DNA of 64,000 nucleotides. It comes from Azolla caroliniana. Lineage: Eukaryota; Plantae; Polypodiophyta. The notes below the pieces were generated by a model, which saw nothing but the letters and a program-made list of their open reading frames with translations, made no database searches and was not told the origin of the DNA. Position 1 is the first letter of the stretch; the number at the start of each line of letters is the position of its first letter. The stretch covers positions 14,818,001-14,882,000 of the forward strand of contig JBHGNT010000013.1 in the NCBI GenBank assembly GCA_043228905.1, given 5' to 3'. Below are positions 55,345 through 64,000 of the stretch, one piece after another. Position numbers and translations under genes: made by a program.

Positions 55345-58300
55345 ATGGAGAATCAAGAAGAGGCAATGAGTATAACGATGATGATGATGTTCGAGCGGAT
55401 GCTACAAGAACAACGAGTGATGTCGGAGATCACGGGGGCAGTAAAGCGTGTTGAGAAGCAAGCTCAACATGGTATGTGATGCTTATGAGAAATAAGCTAT
55501 AGTAGCTATTTAGCTACTAGTGAACAAAAAGGTAAAACAGCTATTTAGCTATGGACAGCTAATTAGCGACTGAACAGCTATTTAGCTAGTGACAGCTAAT
55601 TAGCTAGTGAACAGCTATTTAGCGACTGATAGCTAATTAGCTACTGGCAGCTAATTAGCTGCATGTGTAATAACTTATGACTTAGGTAAAAGTAAGTGAG
55701 AGTGAATAGAAAAGAAGCAGTAAGAAAAAACAGAGAATAGTGAGTAGAGAACTCTGAGCGAGAGTGAGAGACCAGAAGACTGACGAGAGCAAGTTGAGCT
55801 CTACATGTAATAGAAGAAAACCATTTTGCTACTACAGAGGTAAGTCCCCTTTCCTTTCTCTGTCTGTTTAGAGCACCCTAACGATCCAGCACACTACGAT
55901 CCGCCGCGCGCACAAAAGAAGAGCCCGAGTGCCTTCTTCACGTTTTCTTAACATGGTATCAGAGCAGAGTAGCTCGTAAGGAAGAGTATAGCAGTGCCTT
56001 AATCTGAGAAAGTTATTTCTCTGGTTGCTGATCAGAAATCAGAAAGTTACTTGTTGAAGTAACTAAAGCAAAACCCTGGTTTTTGGAAGGAAAAAAATGG
56101 TTGCAAAGAATGTAGGCCAAATGGTCACAGAGAAATTAGATAAAAACAATTTCCCGGCGTGGAAATTCAGAATGACAAACTTTCTGATGGGGAAAGGATA
56201 CGGGGATTACATTGAAGGAGACCTAGAAGAGGCTCCAGAGATCCCAGAACAGAATGCAACAGCTGCACATATTAAGGCATTTAAAGATTGGAATCAAGGG
56301 GCAAGGAAAGTAATGCATTGGCTATCACTCAGCATCTCAGATTCAATGCTTGGGCATATACAAGATGCTATGCTCCCAAAAGAAGCTTGGGACAACTTGG
56401 TAAAACTGTTTGCTGTGAACACAAAGGCTAGAAAGCTCCAGTTAAAGACTGAGCTAAATACCTTGGAGAAAGGTAAGATGTCAATAAATGAATATGCCCT
56501 AAAAATCAAGAGTATATGTGAATCACTTGCTTCTATCAATGTGAAGATAGAAGATGATGACAAAGTGGAAATATGCTTAAGAGGCTTAGGACCTCAATAC
56601 AAGAGTTTTAAAACTTCTATGCTCACAAGGGATAGTATCCCAAGTTTTTCAGATCTGGTCTCAATGCTTGTGGTAGAGGAAAGGAATCAGATGGATGATG
56701 CAAATAAAGGAAACTCAGAGAACGAGGGGCAAGCCCTCTATAATAATGCCGGAAGAGGCCGAGGAAGAGGCCATGGAAGATTTGGCTCAGGAAGAACCAA
56801 TAATAATGGCTTTCAAGGAAGAGGACAACAAGCTCATAGAGGAGGAAACAACAACAGAGGCAAGGGGAGCAACCGAGGTAGAGGTAAGCAAACTTATGTA
56901 AATGATGATGGCTGCTGGTATTGTGGTAAACCAGGCCATACACAGGCTGAATGTTACAAGAAACAAAATGATGAGAAAAGAGGAAAAGGACAACAGAGTA
57001 ACTATGCCTCTACTAGTGAAGATTGTGAAAAGGAAGGTGTTTTTGTAGTGCAACATGAGATAGCAGTAGTGGCTGAAAGCTCACAGAAATGTAATGAAGA
57101 GTTTACGTGGTATGTAGACTCGGGGGCATCTAACCATATGACTGGACATGCAAATTGGTTTGAGAGTTTAAGAGAACCAGAGGTTCCTGGTTATGTACAA
57201 ACAGGTGATGACACAACTCACCAAATAAAACATGTTGGAGATATCCCATTGTGGGAAGAAAGAGGAAAAACCAAGTATATGTTGAATGTGATGCATGTTC
57301 CAAACCTTGCTAAGAATCTGATTTCTGTTGGACAGATTGTAGAGCAAGGTATGCAAGTGAAGTTTAAGCAAAGTGGATGCTATATAGAAAAGAATGGGAA
57401 GCTCATTGCAAAAGGGAAGAGACAAGGAAGAATGTTTATCTTGGATGTAGAAATGCCCAAACAGTTTTCAGCCATGTTTGCAAATGGAACGAGTGTAATC
57501 TCAGATGTGGAAATGTGGCATAAAAGGATTGGCCATATAAGTATGCAAACATTAAAGAATATGTTGAGAAAAGATGCAGTGGCTGGACTGCCAAACTTGA
57601 AAAAGTGTGAAATGGGAAAAGTATGTGAAGCATGTCAATATGGTAAGCAAAACAGGTTGCCATTCCCTCATGAGAGACATGTAAGCAAAAATCTGTTGGA
57701 TTTGGTACATACAGATGTATGGGGACCAACAAAGAATGCATCTATTGATGGATGCAGATTTTATGTTACATTTATTGATGATTGTTCACGGAAGACATGG
57801 GTGTACTTCATGAAGGAGAAAAGTGAAGTATTTGACTGTTTTCGTAAGTTTAAATGCATGGTAGAAAAGCAGGCTGGTACAAGGATAAAATGTTTGAGAT
57901 CTGATGGAGGAGGAGAGTATTTCTCCAATGAATTTTCTGATTTTTTGTGTAATCAGGGAATAAGAAGACAGTTCACATGCCGATATACTCCACAACAAAA
58001 TGGAGTTGCTGAGAGGAAAAACAGAACTTTGGTGAACATAGCAAGGGCAATGATGACTGAGAAGAACATGCCATTATACTATTGGGCAGAAGCTGTAAAT
58101 ACAGCAAATTACATTTTAAATAGATGTATTACATCAGGAGTACATGAGGCAACTCCTGAAGAGTGTTTTTATGGCAGGAAGCCTAGCTTACAACACTTGA
58201 AAGTGTTTGGATGCCTTGCATATGTACATGTGCCTGCAGAAGTAAGAAGTAAGTTGGATCCAAAGGCAGAAAAATGTATTTTTGTTGGCTATTCAGAAGA

Positions 58301-61300
58301 ACAAAAAGGCTATAGATGCTATAACCCTGTAACAAAGAAGATTGTGACAAGTAGGGATGTAATCTTTGATGAGTTAGCCAGCTGGTATAGTCCAAAACAG
58401 AATCCAGAGACTGATGAAGACAATGAGATTGAAGACAAAGACAAATCTAAAAATGTAGAAGACTGCCACAGAGATGGCAGCAAGGTTGGACAGCAAAGTC
58501 CAACATCAACAGAATGTTCTGGACCATCAAAAAGCTCAGATGGTAAATCTGATTCAAATTCATGGAGTGGAAAAACTGGACAGAAAAAATCTGATGACAA
58601 AAAAGGAAAACAGAAAATGCCAGAGTATGAAATCCCGGATGACCTATCAAAAAACATGGAAGATGAAGATTCAGATATGTCTTTGGATGATTTCCTTGGA
58701 ATACAGGAAATGAAAATCCCTGGTATGGAAAAGGCAATAAAGAATGCAAATCAGAAACTGAGAAGATCAGATAGAGAGAAAAAGACTGTGGAAAGATTTG
58801 GGTATGATACATATATGGCTATGCACTATGCATATATGTCTAAGGTGGTACAGATCCCTGACCCAAACAGCTTTGAAGAAGCAAAATCTGAGAAGAAATG
58901 GATGGATGCAATGCAAGAAGAGATTGATGCATTGGCTGAGAACAAAACGTGGGATTTAGTGAAGTTACCAAAAGAGAAAAATGTGGTAGGCTGCAAATGG
59001 GTCTACAAGACAAAGCATGACTTCAATGGGAATGTAAGTAGACATAAAGCAAGATTGGTTGCAAAAGGATATGCTCAGATGCAAGGGATTGATTATGATG
59101 AGACTTTTGCACCGGTTGCAAAGATGGCAACCTTGAGAACACTACTTGCTGTAGGAGCAGCCAGAAAATGGATTTTGCATCACATGGATGTAAAAAATGC
59201 TTTTTTACATGGTAACTTGGAAGAAGAAGTGTATATGAGTCAACCACCAGGTTTTGAAGATAAGAAACATCCTGATTATGTATGTAAGCTGAAAAAAGCT
59301 CTCTATGGACTGAAACAGGCACCAAGAGCATGGCACAGAGAACTTTCAGATTCTCTGAAAAATCTTGGTTTCAAAATGTCAAAAGTTGATCCTTCTTTGT
59401 ATGTAAAAAGTGAAAATGATTGCATTGTTATTATTCTGATTTATGTAGATGATTTGATTATTGGAGGAGATTCCGTGGATGAAATAAGAAAGTTGAAAAA
59501 AAATCTGGAAATGCAGTTTCATATGAAAGATTTGGGAGATCTGAGATATTTTCTTGGTATTGAAATCATCAGATCTGAGAGTGGTATATGTATGTTGCAA
59601 AAACAGTATGCAACAATTATGTTGAAAAAGTATGGTATGCTTGGATGCAAACCTATTGCTGTACCACTTGATAAAAACTGCAAGTTGAGGGTTGATTTGG
59701 GAGCCAAGATAGAAGATGTAAACATGTACAGGTCCATGGTGGGCAACCTTATTTATTTGACTATAACAAGACCTGATTTGAGCTATGCTGTTGGATTAGT
59801 CAGCCAGTTTATGCAACAGCCAACAAAGCCACATTTGGACTGCATCAGAAGGACTCTGAGGTATGTAAAAGCAACTCAGAACTTTGGACTATTTTACAGG
59901 GCTGATCTAGACATAAATCTGGAAGGATATACAGATGCTGATTGGGCTGGAAGCCAAACAGACAGGAGATCCACAAGTGGATACATGTTTACCTTGGGAA
60001 GTGCAGGAATTTCATGGAGTAGCACGAAACAGGCTACTGTTGCATTGTCTAGTACAGAAGCTGAGTATAGAGGGGTTGCAATAGCCACATGTGAAGAAGT
60101 ATGGATCAGAAGACTGCTTGCTGATCTGGGAGTATATATAGATGGTGTTGTCACAATCTGGTGTGACAATATGAGCAGCATTCATCTTGCAAAGAACCCA
60201 GTGTTCCATGCAAGAACAAAGCACATTGAGGTGCATTATCACTTTGTTAGAGAAAAAGTGATGGAAGGTGAAGTTGATCTGGTGTATGTGAATACAAATC
60301 AGCAGGTTGCTGATATCCTTACGAAGGGATTGAGTGTGGAAAAACATACACAGTTTCGGAACATGATGGGAGTTGTAAACATTGATGAGATGGCTAAAAA
60401 GCAAAATGGAAAAGAAGATTGAAGAGAACCTCAAGCAAGAATAAGTTGAGCTTGAGGGGGAGTGTTGAGAAGCAAGCTCAACATGGTATGTGATGCTTAT
60501 GAGAAATAAGCTATAGTAGCTATTTAGCTACTAGTGAACAAAAAGGTAAAACAGCTATTTAGCTATGGACAGCTAATTAGCGACTGAACAGCTATTTAGC
60601 TAGTGACAGCTAATTAGCTAGTGAACAGCTATTTAGCGACTGACAGCTAATTAGCTACTGGCAGCTAATTAGCTGCATGTGTAATAACTTATGACTTAGG
60701 TAAAAGTAAGTGAGAGTGAATAGAAAAGAAGCAGTAAGAAAAAACAGAGAATAGTGAGTAGAGAACTCTGAGAGAGAGTGAGAGACCAGAAGACTGACGA
60801 GAGCAAGTTGAGCTCTACATGTAATAGAAGAAAACCATTTTGCTACTACAGAGGTAAGTCCCCTTTCCTTTCTCTGTCTGTTTAGAGCACCCTAACGATC
60901 CAGCACACTACGATCCGCCGCGCGCACAAAAGAAGAGCCCGAGTGCCTTCTTCACGTTTTCTTAACAAAGCGGCTCGTACAACGAAACAGACAATTCAAC
61001 GGAAACGATGTGTCACGCTATCTACGTGACTACAAGGCGGAGATGATACGATGTGGGATACCGGAAGGATTGCAAGTGACATCCTTCAGTCGGGTGGCCA
61101 TGGATGAGCTACAAGAGAGAATCCACAAGATACGGCAACAAAACTCGACATGGGGGTCATTCGAAGAAGCTTTACGAGAGGCATATGATTACAAGAGATC
61201 AAAGGGACAAGATCGGCGAAAATTCGACGAATGGGTGGCATCGGAGAAGACCCACCGAAGTGCAACACAAGCATTCCTAGAGTTCGAGCATCGTTTTGCT

Positions 61301-62881
61301 CGACTCTCGGAGCGGGAACAACGATTGGTGGGAGAGGATAAAGTCCTAATGTTCGTAAAATCGATCGATCGAAAAGAAAGGATGGACATCGGGATCGAAC
61401 TCGAAGACGATGAAGGTACGAATGGTCTTACCGAAGATTGGGCCGAAGTCCAAAGGGTATGCCGGAGACATGATGAGAGGAAGATGAGAATCTTGTCAAC
61501 GACATGGCCAATGAAGGATGGTCGATTGAAGACAAACGATGGAGCCGATATGAAGGCTGAAATACAACATGATGGTGCGACGGAAGAGGGTGTAAAACAA
61601 GCTACCCTCTTGTCTTGCGAAAGAACAACGACGAAGGATAAGGCCGATAACCCAAGTGTAGAAGAAGATTTCAGAATACAAGTGTCCGAAACATCGGGTG
61701 AAAAAGGGGTAAGCATAATTGATGCAGTGAAAGAGAGCAAAGAGGACTTGATTGAGGAGGTCACCAAGAAAGATGACATCGAATCGAAGGTGGCTATGGA
61801 CGAATCAATGGCGGATGGCCACATCGAGATTTCTTCACCGCTGATTCTAGAGACTCCGGCGGTTGCGTTCGAAAGGCAACGTGAGACCGAAGAGACGGAA
61901 GGTGGTGGAGAGAAAACAAAGGTCGAAGCCGATGCATACGAAGGAGAGATAGCCAAGGAGGTGGCTATGGGTGAAACAACGGAGGATGATAATACCGAGG
62001 ATTCCTGCCCACTAATCCTAGAGACTTCGGCGGTTGTGTCTGAGAAGCAACGTGAGACCGGAGAGACGGGAGGTGGCGGCAAGAAAGGTAAAGTCGGAAG
62101 CTGGTTCGGATGGAAGGTGATTCGGACGGGATTCCGATCCGAAAGAAAGCCGAACCGGGTAAAAGAGAATTCGGCCGAAAGACGAACCGAAAGAAAGCCG
62201 AACCGAAAGGAAGAGAATTCGACCGAAAGACGACACAAACGAAAGCCAACCCGAAAAGGGGTCGACTCGGTCAAAACCGATCGACTAAGTCTGACTTGGC
62301 CGAACGCGAATATGGATGGAGGCCGACCTAGCCGAAAGCCGATCGGACGAGACCGATCCGGAAAGAAGCTAATCCGACTCAACCGGAGGTTGGACCGGTC
62401 GAGGCTGGTGAAAACGAGGAAAAGAAAGCCAACCGAAACCGAAACCGATAGATCGAAACCGGGCCGGAAGGAGACTGACTCAAGCGAAACCGAACAACCG
62501 ATTCCGATTCGGCCGAATACGAATCCGATCGGAAGCCGATCAAACCGAAAGTCGATCGGACGAGAGCGATCCGGAAAAAAGTCAAGGTTGATGAAGACAA
62601 GAAAGAGGCCAGTAAAAGACACTACCACAAATGACAAGGGCCAAGAATATGACGAGAGAGAACAAAGAATATGGTGGATCGGATGGCGACAATGGTTCGG
62701 GTGGAAAGAATGGGTCTACTCAAAATGGAGAGACAAAGTTGACATAGCGGGACAAACGGAGGATGAAGGGGAGACAACGAGCATCGGCAACTTCGGCACA
62801 TACCGGAGGATGTGCGGGTTCGGAGGGGGCGAGTGTCGTAGTGTATTTCGTACACTACGTGAAAAAGTAAAAATAATATAA
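55345..62881 (+). CDS. Gag-like protein with repetitive acidic then basic tail, ~670 aa once the Copia insert is removed
   Basis: MENQEE..AVKR (55345-55448) joins in frame to LVQRNRQFNGNDVSRYLRDYKAEM and the 623-aa ORF 61010-62881. Confidence 0.8.
55495..55662. repeat. Array of palindromic AGCTAWTTAGC(T) units in Copia U3 (copy at ~60509-60676)
   Basis: About 9 alternating CAGCTAATTAGC / CAGCTATTTAGC units. Confidence 0.9.
56097..60422 (+). CDS. Copia gag-pol polyprotein (uninterrupted, 1441 aa)
   Basis: CWYCGKPGH, VDSGASNHM, HTDVWGP..SDGGGEY..GVAER, YVDD, TDADW..ADILTK. Confidence 0.97.
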   Translation: MVAKNVGQMVTEKLDKNNFPAWKFRMTNFLMGKGYGDYIEGDLEEAPEIPEQNATAAHIKAFKDWNQGARKVMHWLSLSISDSMLGHIQDAMLPKEAWDNLVKLFAVNTKARKLQLKTELNTLEKGKMSINEYALKIKSICESLASINVKIEDDDKVEICLRGLGPQYKSFKTSMLTRDSIPSFSDLVSMLVVEERNQMDDANKGNSENEGQALYNNAGRGRGRGHGRFGSGRTNNNGFQGRGQQAHRGGNNNRGKGSNRGRGKQTYVNDDGCWYCGKPGHTQAECYKKQNDEKRGKGQQSNYASTSEDCEKEGVFVVQHEIAVVAESSQKCNEEFTWYVDSGASNHMTGHANWFESLREPEVPGYVQTGDDTTHQIKHVGDIPLWEERGKTKYMLNVMHVPNLAKNLISVGQIVEQGMQVKFKQSGCYIEKNGKLIAKGKRQGRMFILDVEMPKQFSAMFANGTSVISDVEMWHKRIGHISMQTLKNMLRKDAVAGLPNLKKCEMGKVCEACQYGKQNRLPFPHERHVSKNLLDLVHTDVWGPTKNASIDGCRFYVTFIDDCSRKTWVYFMKEKSEVFDCFRKFKCMVEKQAGTRIKCLRSDGGGEYFSNEFSDFLCNQGIRRQFTCRYTPQQNGVAERKNRTLVNIARAMMTEKNMPLYYWAEAVNTANYILNRCITSGVHEATPEECFYGRKPSLQHLKVFGCLAYVHVPAEVRSKLDPKAEKCIFVGYSEEQKGYRCYNPVTKKIVTSRDVIFDELASWYSPKQNPETDEDNEIEDKDKSKNVEDCHRDGSKVGQQSPTSTECSGPSKSSDGKSDSNSWSGKTGQKKSDDKKGKQKMPEYEIPDDLSKNMEDEDSDMSLDDFLGIQEMKIPGMEKAIKNANQKLRRSDREKKTVERFGYDTYMAMHYAYMSKVVQIPDPNSFEEAKSEKKWMDAMQEEIDALAENKTWDLVKLPKEKNVVGCKWVYKTKHDFNGNVSRHKARLVAKGYAQMQGIDYDETFAPVAKMATLRTLLAVGAARKWILHHMDVKNAFLHGNLEEEVYMSQPPGFEDKKHPDYVCKLKKALYGLKQAPRAWHRELSDSLKNLGFKMSKVDPSLYVKSENDCIVIILIYVDDLIIGGDSVDEIRKLKKNLEMQFHMKDLGDLRYFLGIEIIRSESGICMLQKQYATIMLKKYGMLGCKPIAVPLDKNCKLRVDLGAKIEDVNMYRSMVGNLIYLTITRPDLSYAVGLVSQFMQQPTKPHLDCIRRTLRYVKATQNFGLFYRADLDINLEGYTDADWAGSQTDRRSTSGYMFTLGSAGISWSSTKQATVALSSTEAEYRGVAIATCEEVWIRRLLADLGVYIDGVVTIWCDNMSSIHLAKNPVFHARTKHIEVHYHFVREKVMEGEVDLVYVNTNQQVADILTKGLSVEKHTQFRNMMGVVNIDEMAKKQNGKED

Positions 62882-64000
62882 CCGATTTAATTACATATAA
62901 ATAAAAAAATAAGAATATCAAGATATTTATCACGTGCATAGGGCAAGATTCGAACCTTGTACCTCCATGTAGCCAAACCTCAACTTTACCATTATGCTAC
63001 CTTATCTTTGGTGTTCTATAAATAGATTTAATAACTATAAGTGCTTTACTTGCGCCTACCTTTATTAAAAGGTAAATCATGTATTTTTAGAGTGCGTGAA
63101 TATTTTATAGAAAAACGCAAGCAACTAAAAAGTGACTCATGCACATCTAGTGTGCATGAGCACTATATTTAGCAAATAAAAGCAAGGATTAGAAAAGCAT
63201 TACATGCACATTTAGTGTGCATGAACGTATTAGAAAAAGCATGTAGCTATGCTTAGTCTCTCCCATCACTATATAAGGATGGGGAGCACATTGTAGTTTT
63301 TGTTGATTATTTTTCTATAATGATCAATCAATCTAAAATATTCGTGGGATTCACGAATTTGCTAAAAATAATTCTCTCTTACTACCTAAATATTGACTAA
63401 ATATACTAAACTCGTGGGATTCACGAGATTCTTATCTTATAACTCTTTATACCTGTTCTTTACTAGTCTTATTTGTATTTTTCTTTCTCCTAGTCCAAAA
63501 CCTCGGCGGTTCCCACCCGACTCACGCAAACGATCCGGAGCTGAAAGGCACGACACCGTTATGACCTCTGTGTCGATTTCTTTGATCACCTTGTCGGCTT
63601 CTTTGTGTGGCGGTACCTCCATAATCGTCAAGAAGCCCTCGAGCCCGTGTTGCTTTAGCCATTTCTTGGCGGCTTCCGACAACGTTTGCGGGTCCATGTC
63701 TGTGTCGAGGTCAGATTGTGGTGGCGAGGTTGGCTGGTAATGAGAGTGAGATTGAGAGAGAGAGAGTTCAGAAAGTGGGGGTTCTCTGTGCGTAGGTTCT
63801 CGTCTGATGATCTTCCAGCGCCTTGGTGCTTCTGTGCTCCTAGGTTCGCGAAAGTAGAGGGTCTCCACGCGCAGTGGTTTTTCTCTGTGCATTCTGGCGC
63901 CTTTTTCGAGTGTGTGCACGTCGTGTACTAAAATAGCATTATGTCCTGTGGTGGCGCTTAAATGCCCACTACGTACCTTTTCGCTCCTCGCTCTTTCGTC

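Larger units (their letters stand above)
55449..60967 (+). mobile_element. Intact young Ty1/Copia element
   Basis: 505-bp LTRs 55449-55953 and 60463-60967 (two differences seen by eye); TSD AAGCG; PBS iMet; PPT GAGGGGGAG. Confidence 0.97.
54584..63555 (+). mobile_element. Complete non-autonomous Trp-primed Gypsy element B
   Basis: LTRs 54584-55306 and 62834-63555; TSD CCGT; PBS Trp at 55311; PPT GGAGGGGGCGAG; no pol. Confidence 0.95.
51939..63697 (-). pseudogene. ~930-codon accessory ORF (N-terminal globular region, linker, long coiled coil, poly-Q, acidic tail), split by element B
   Basis: MDPQTL..EVIT (63697-63556) joins in frame to DEAIRALTDLP (54579) across TSD CCGT; one stop near 54403 and one frameshift near 53800. 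Confidence 0.75.
51457..64000. mobile_element. LTR element with tRNA-Arg-like site and a long minus-strand accessory ORF (Tat-like?); continues beyond window
   Basis: LTR ~51457-51883; TGGCACGCCCGTGGGAC at 51886-51902; no gag/pol motifs in the window. Confidence 0.7.

Noticed and set aside
55144-55479. Duplicated ORF MTKYTKLVGF.. (also 63393)
   Set aside because: Spurious TTG-start frame inside the LTR pair
61189-62637. 482-aa antisense ORF
   Set aside because: Ser/Phe-rich mirror of the repetitive sense ORF

Overview
Eukaryotic nuclear DNA from a land plant. The mix of Tcn1-type chromovirus, tRNA-Trp-primed Ty3/Gypsy and RTEX-like LINE suggests a seed-free plant such as a fern; this is inference. 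The only host gene is the 5' part of a minus-strand TPR + degenerate J-domain protein gene (exons 1635-1582 and 1170-<1). After a 100-N gap and about 9 kb of microsatellites, a fold-back element, a solo LTR and an L1 relic, the region from ~11 kb to the end is a nested LTR-retrotransposon stack up to five levels deep, resolved by hand from LTR termini, PBS/PPT and target-site duplications (TSDs). It holds two young, intact Ty1/Copia elements (41878-47047, 55449-60967), three decayed Copias, two chromoviruses (one self-priming), and a Trp-primed Gypsy family with pol-bearing, gag-only and solo-LTR members. There is also an RTEX-like LINE and two copies of an odd element whose tRNA-Arg site lies on the strand opposite to its ORF and apparent LTR promoter. 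The most notable observations are: (i) that polarity paradox; (ii) tRNA-like Pol III A/B-box cassettes at fixed spacing, antisense in the U3 of unrelated LTR families; (iii) CpG-centred 4-bp target sites for the Trp-primed family. No database searches were run, and boundaries without a TSD are approximate.
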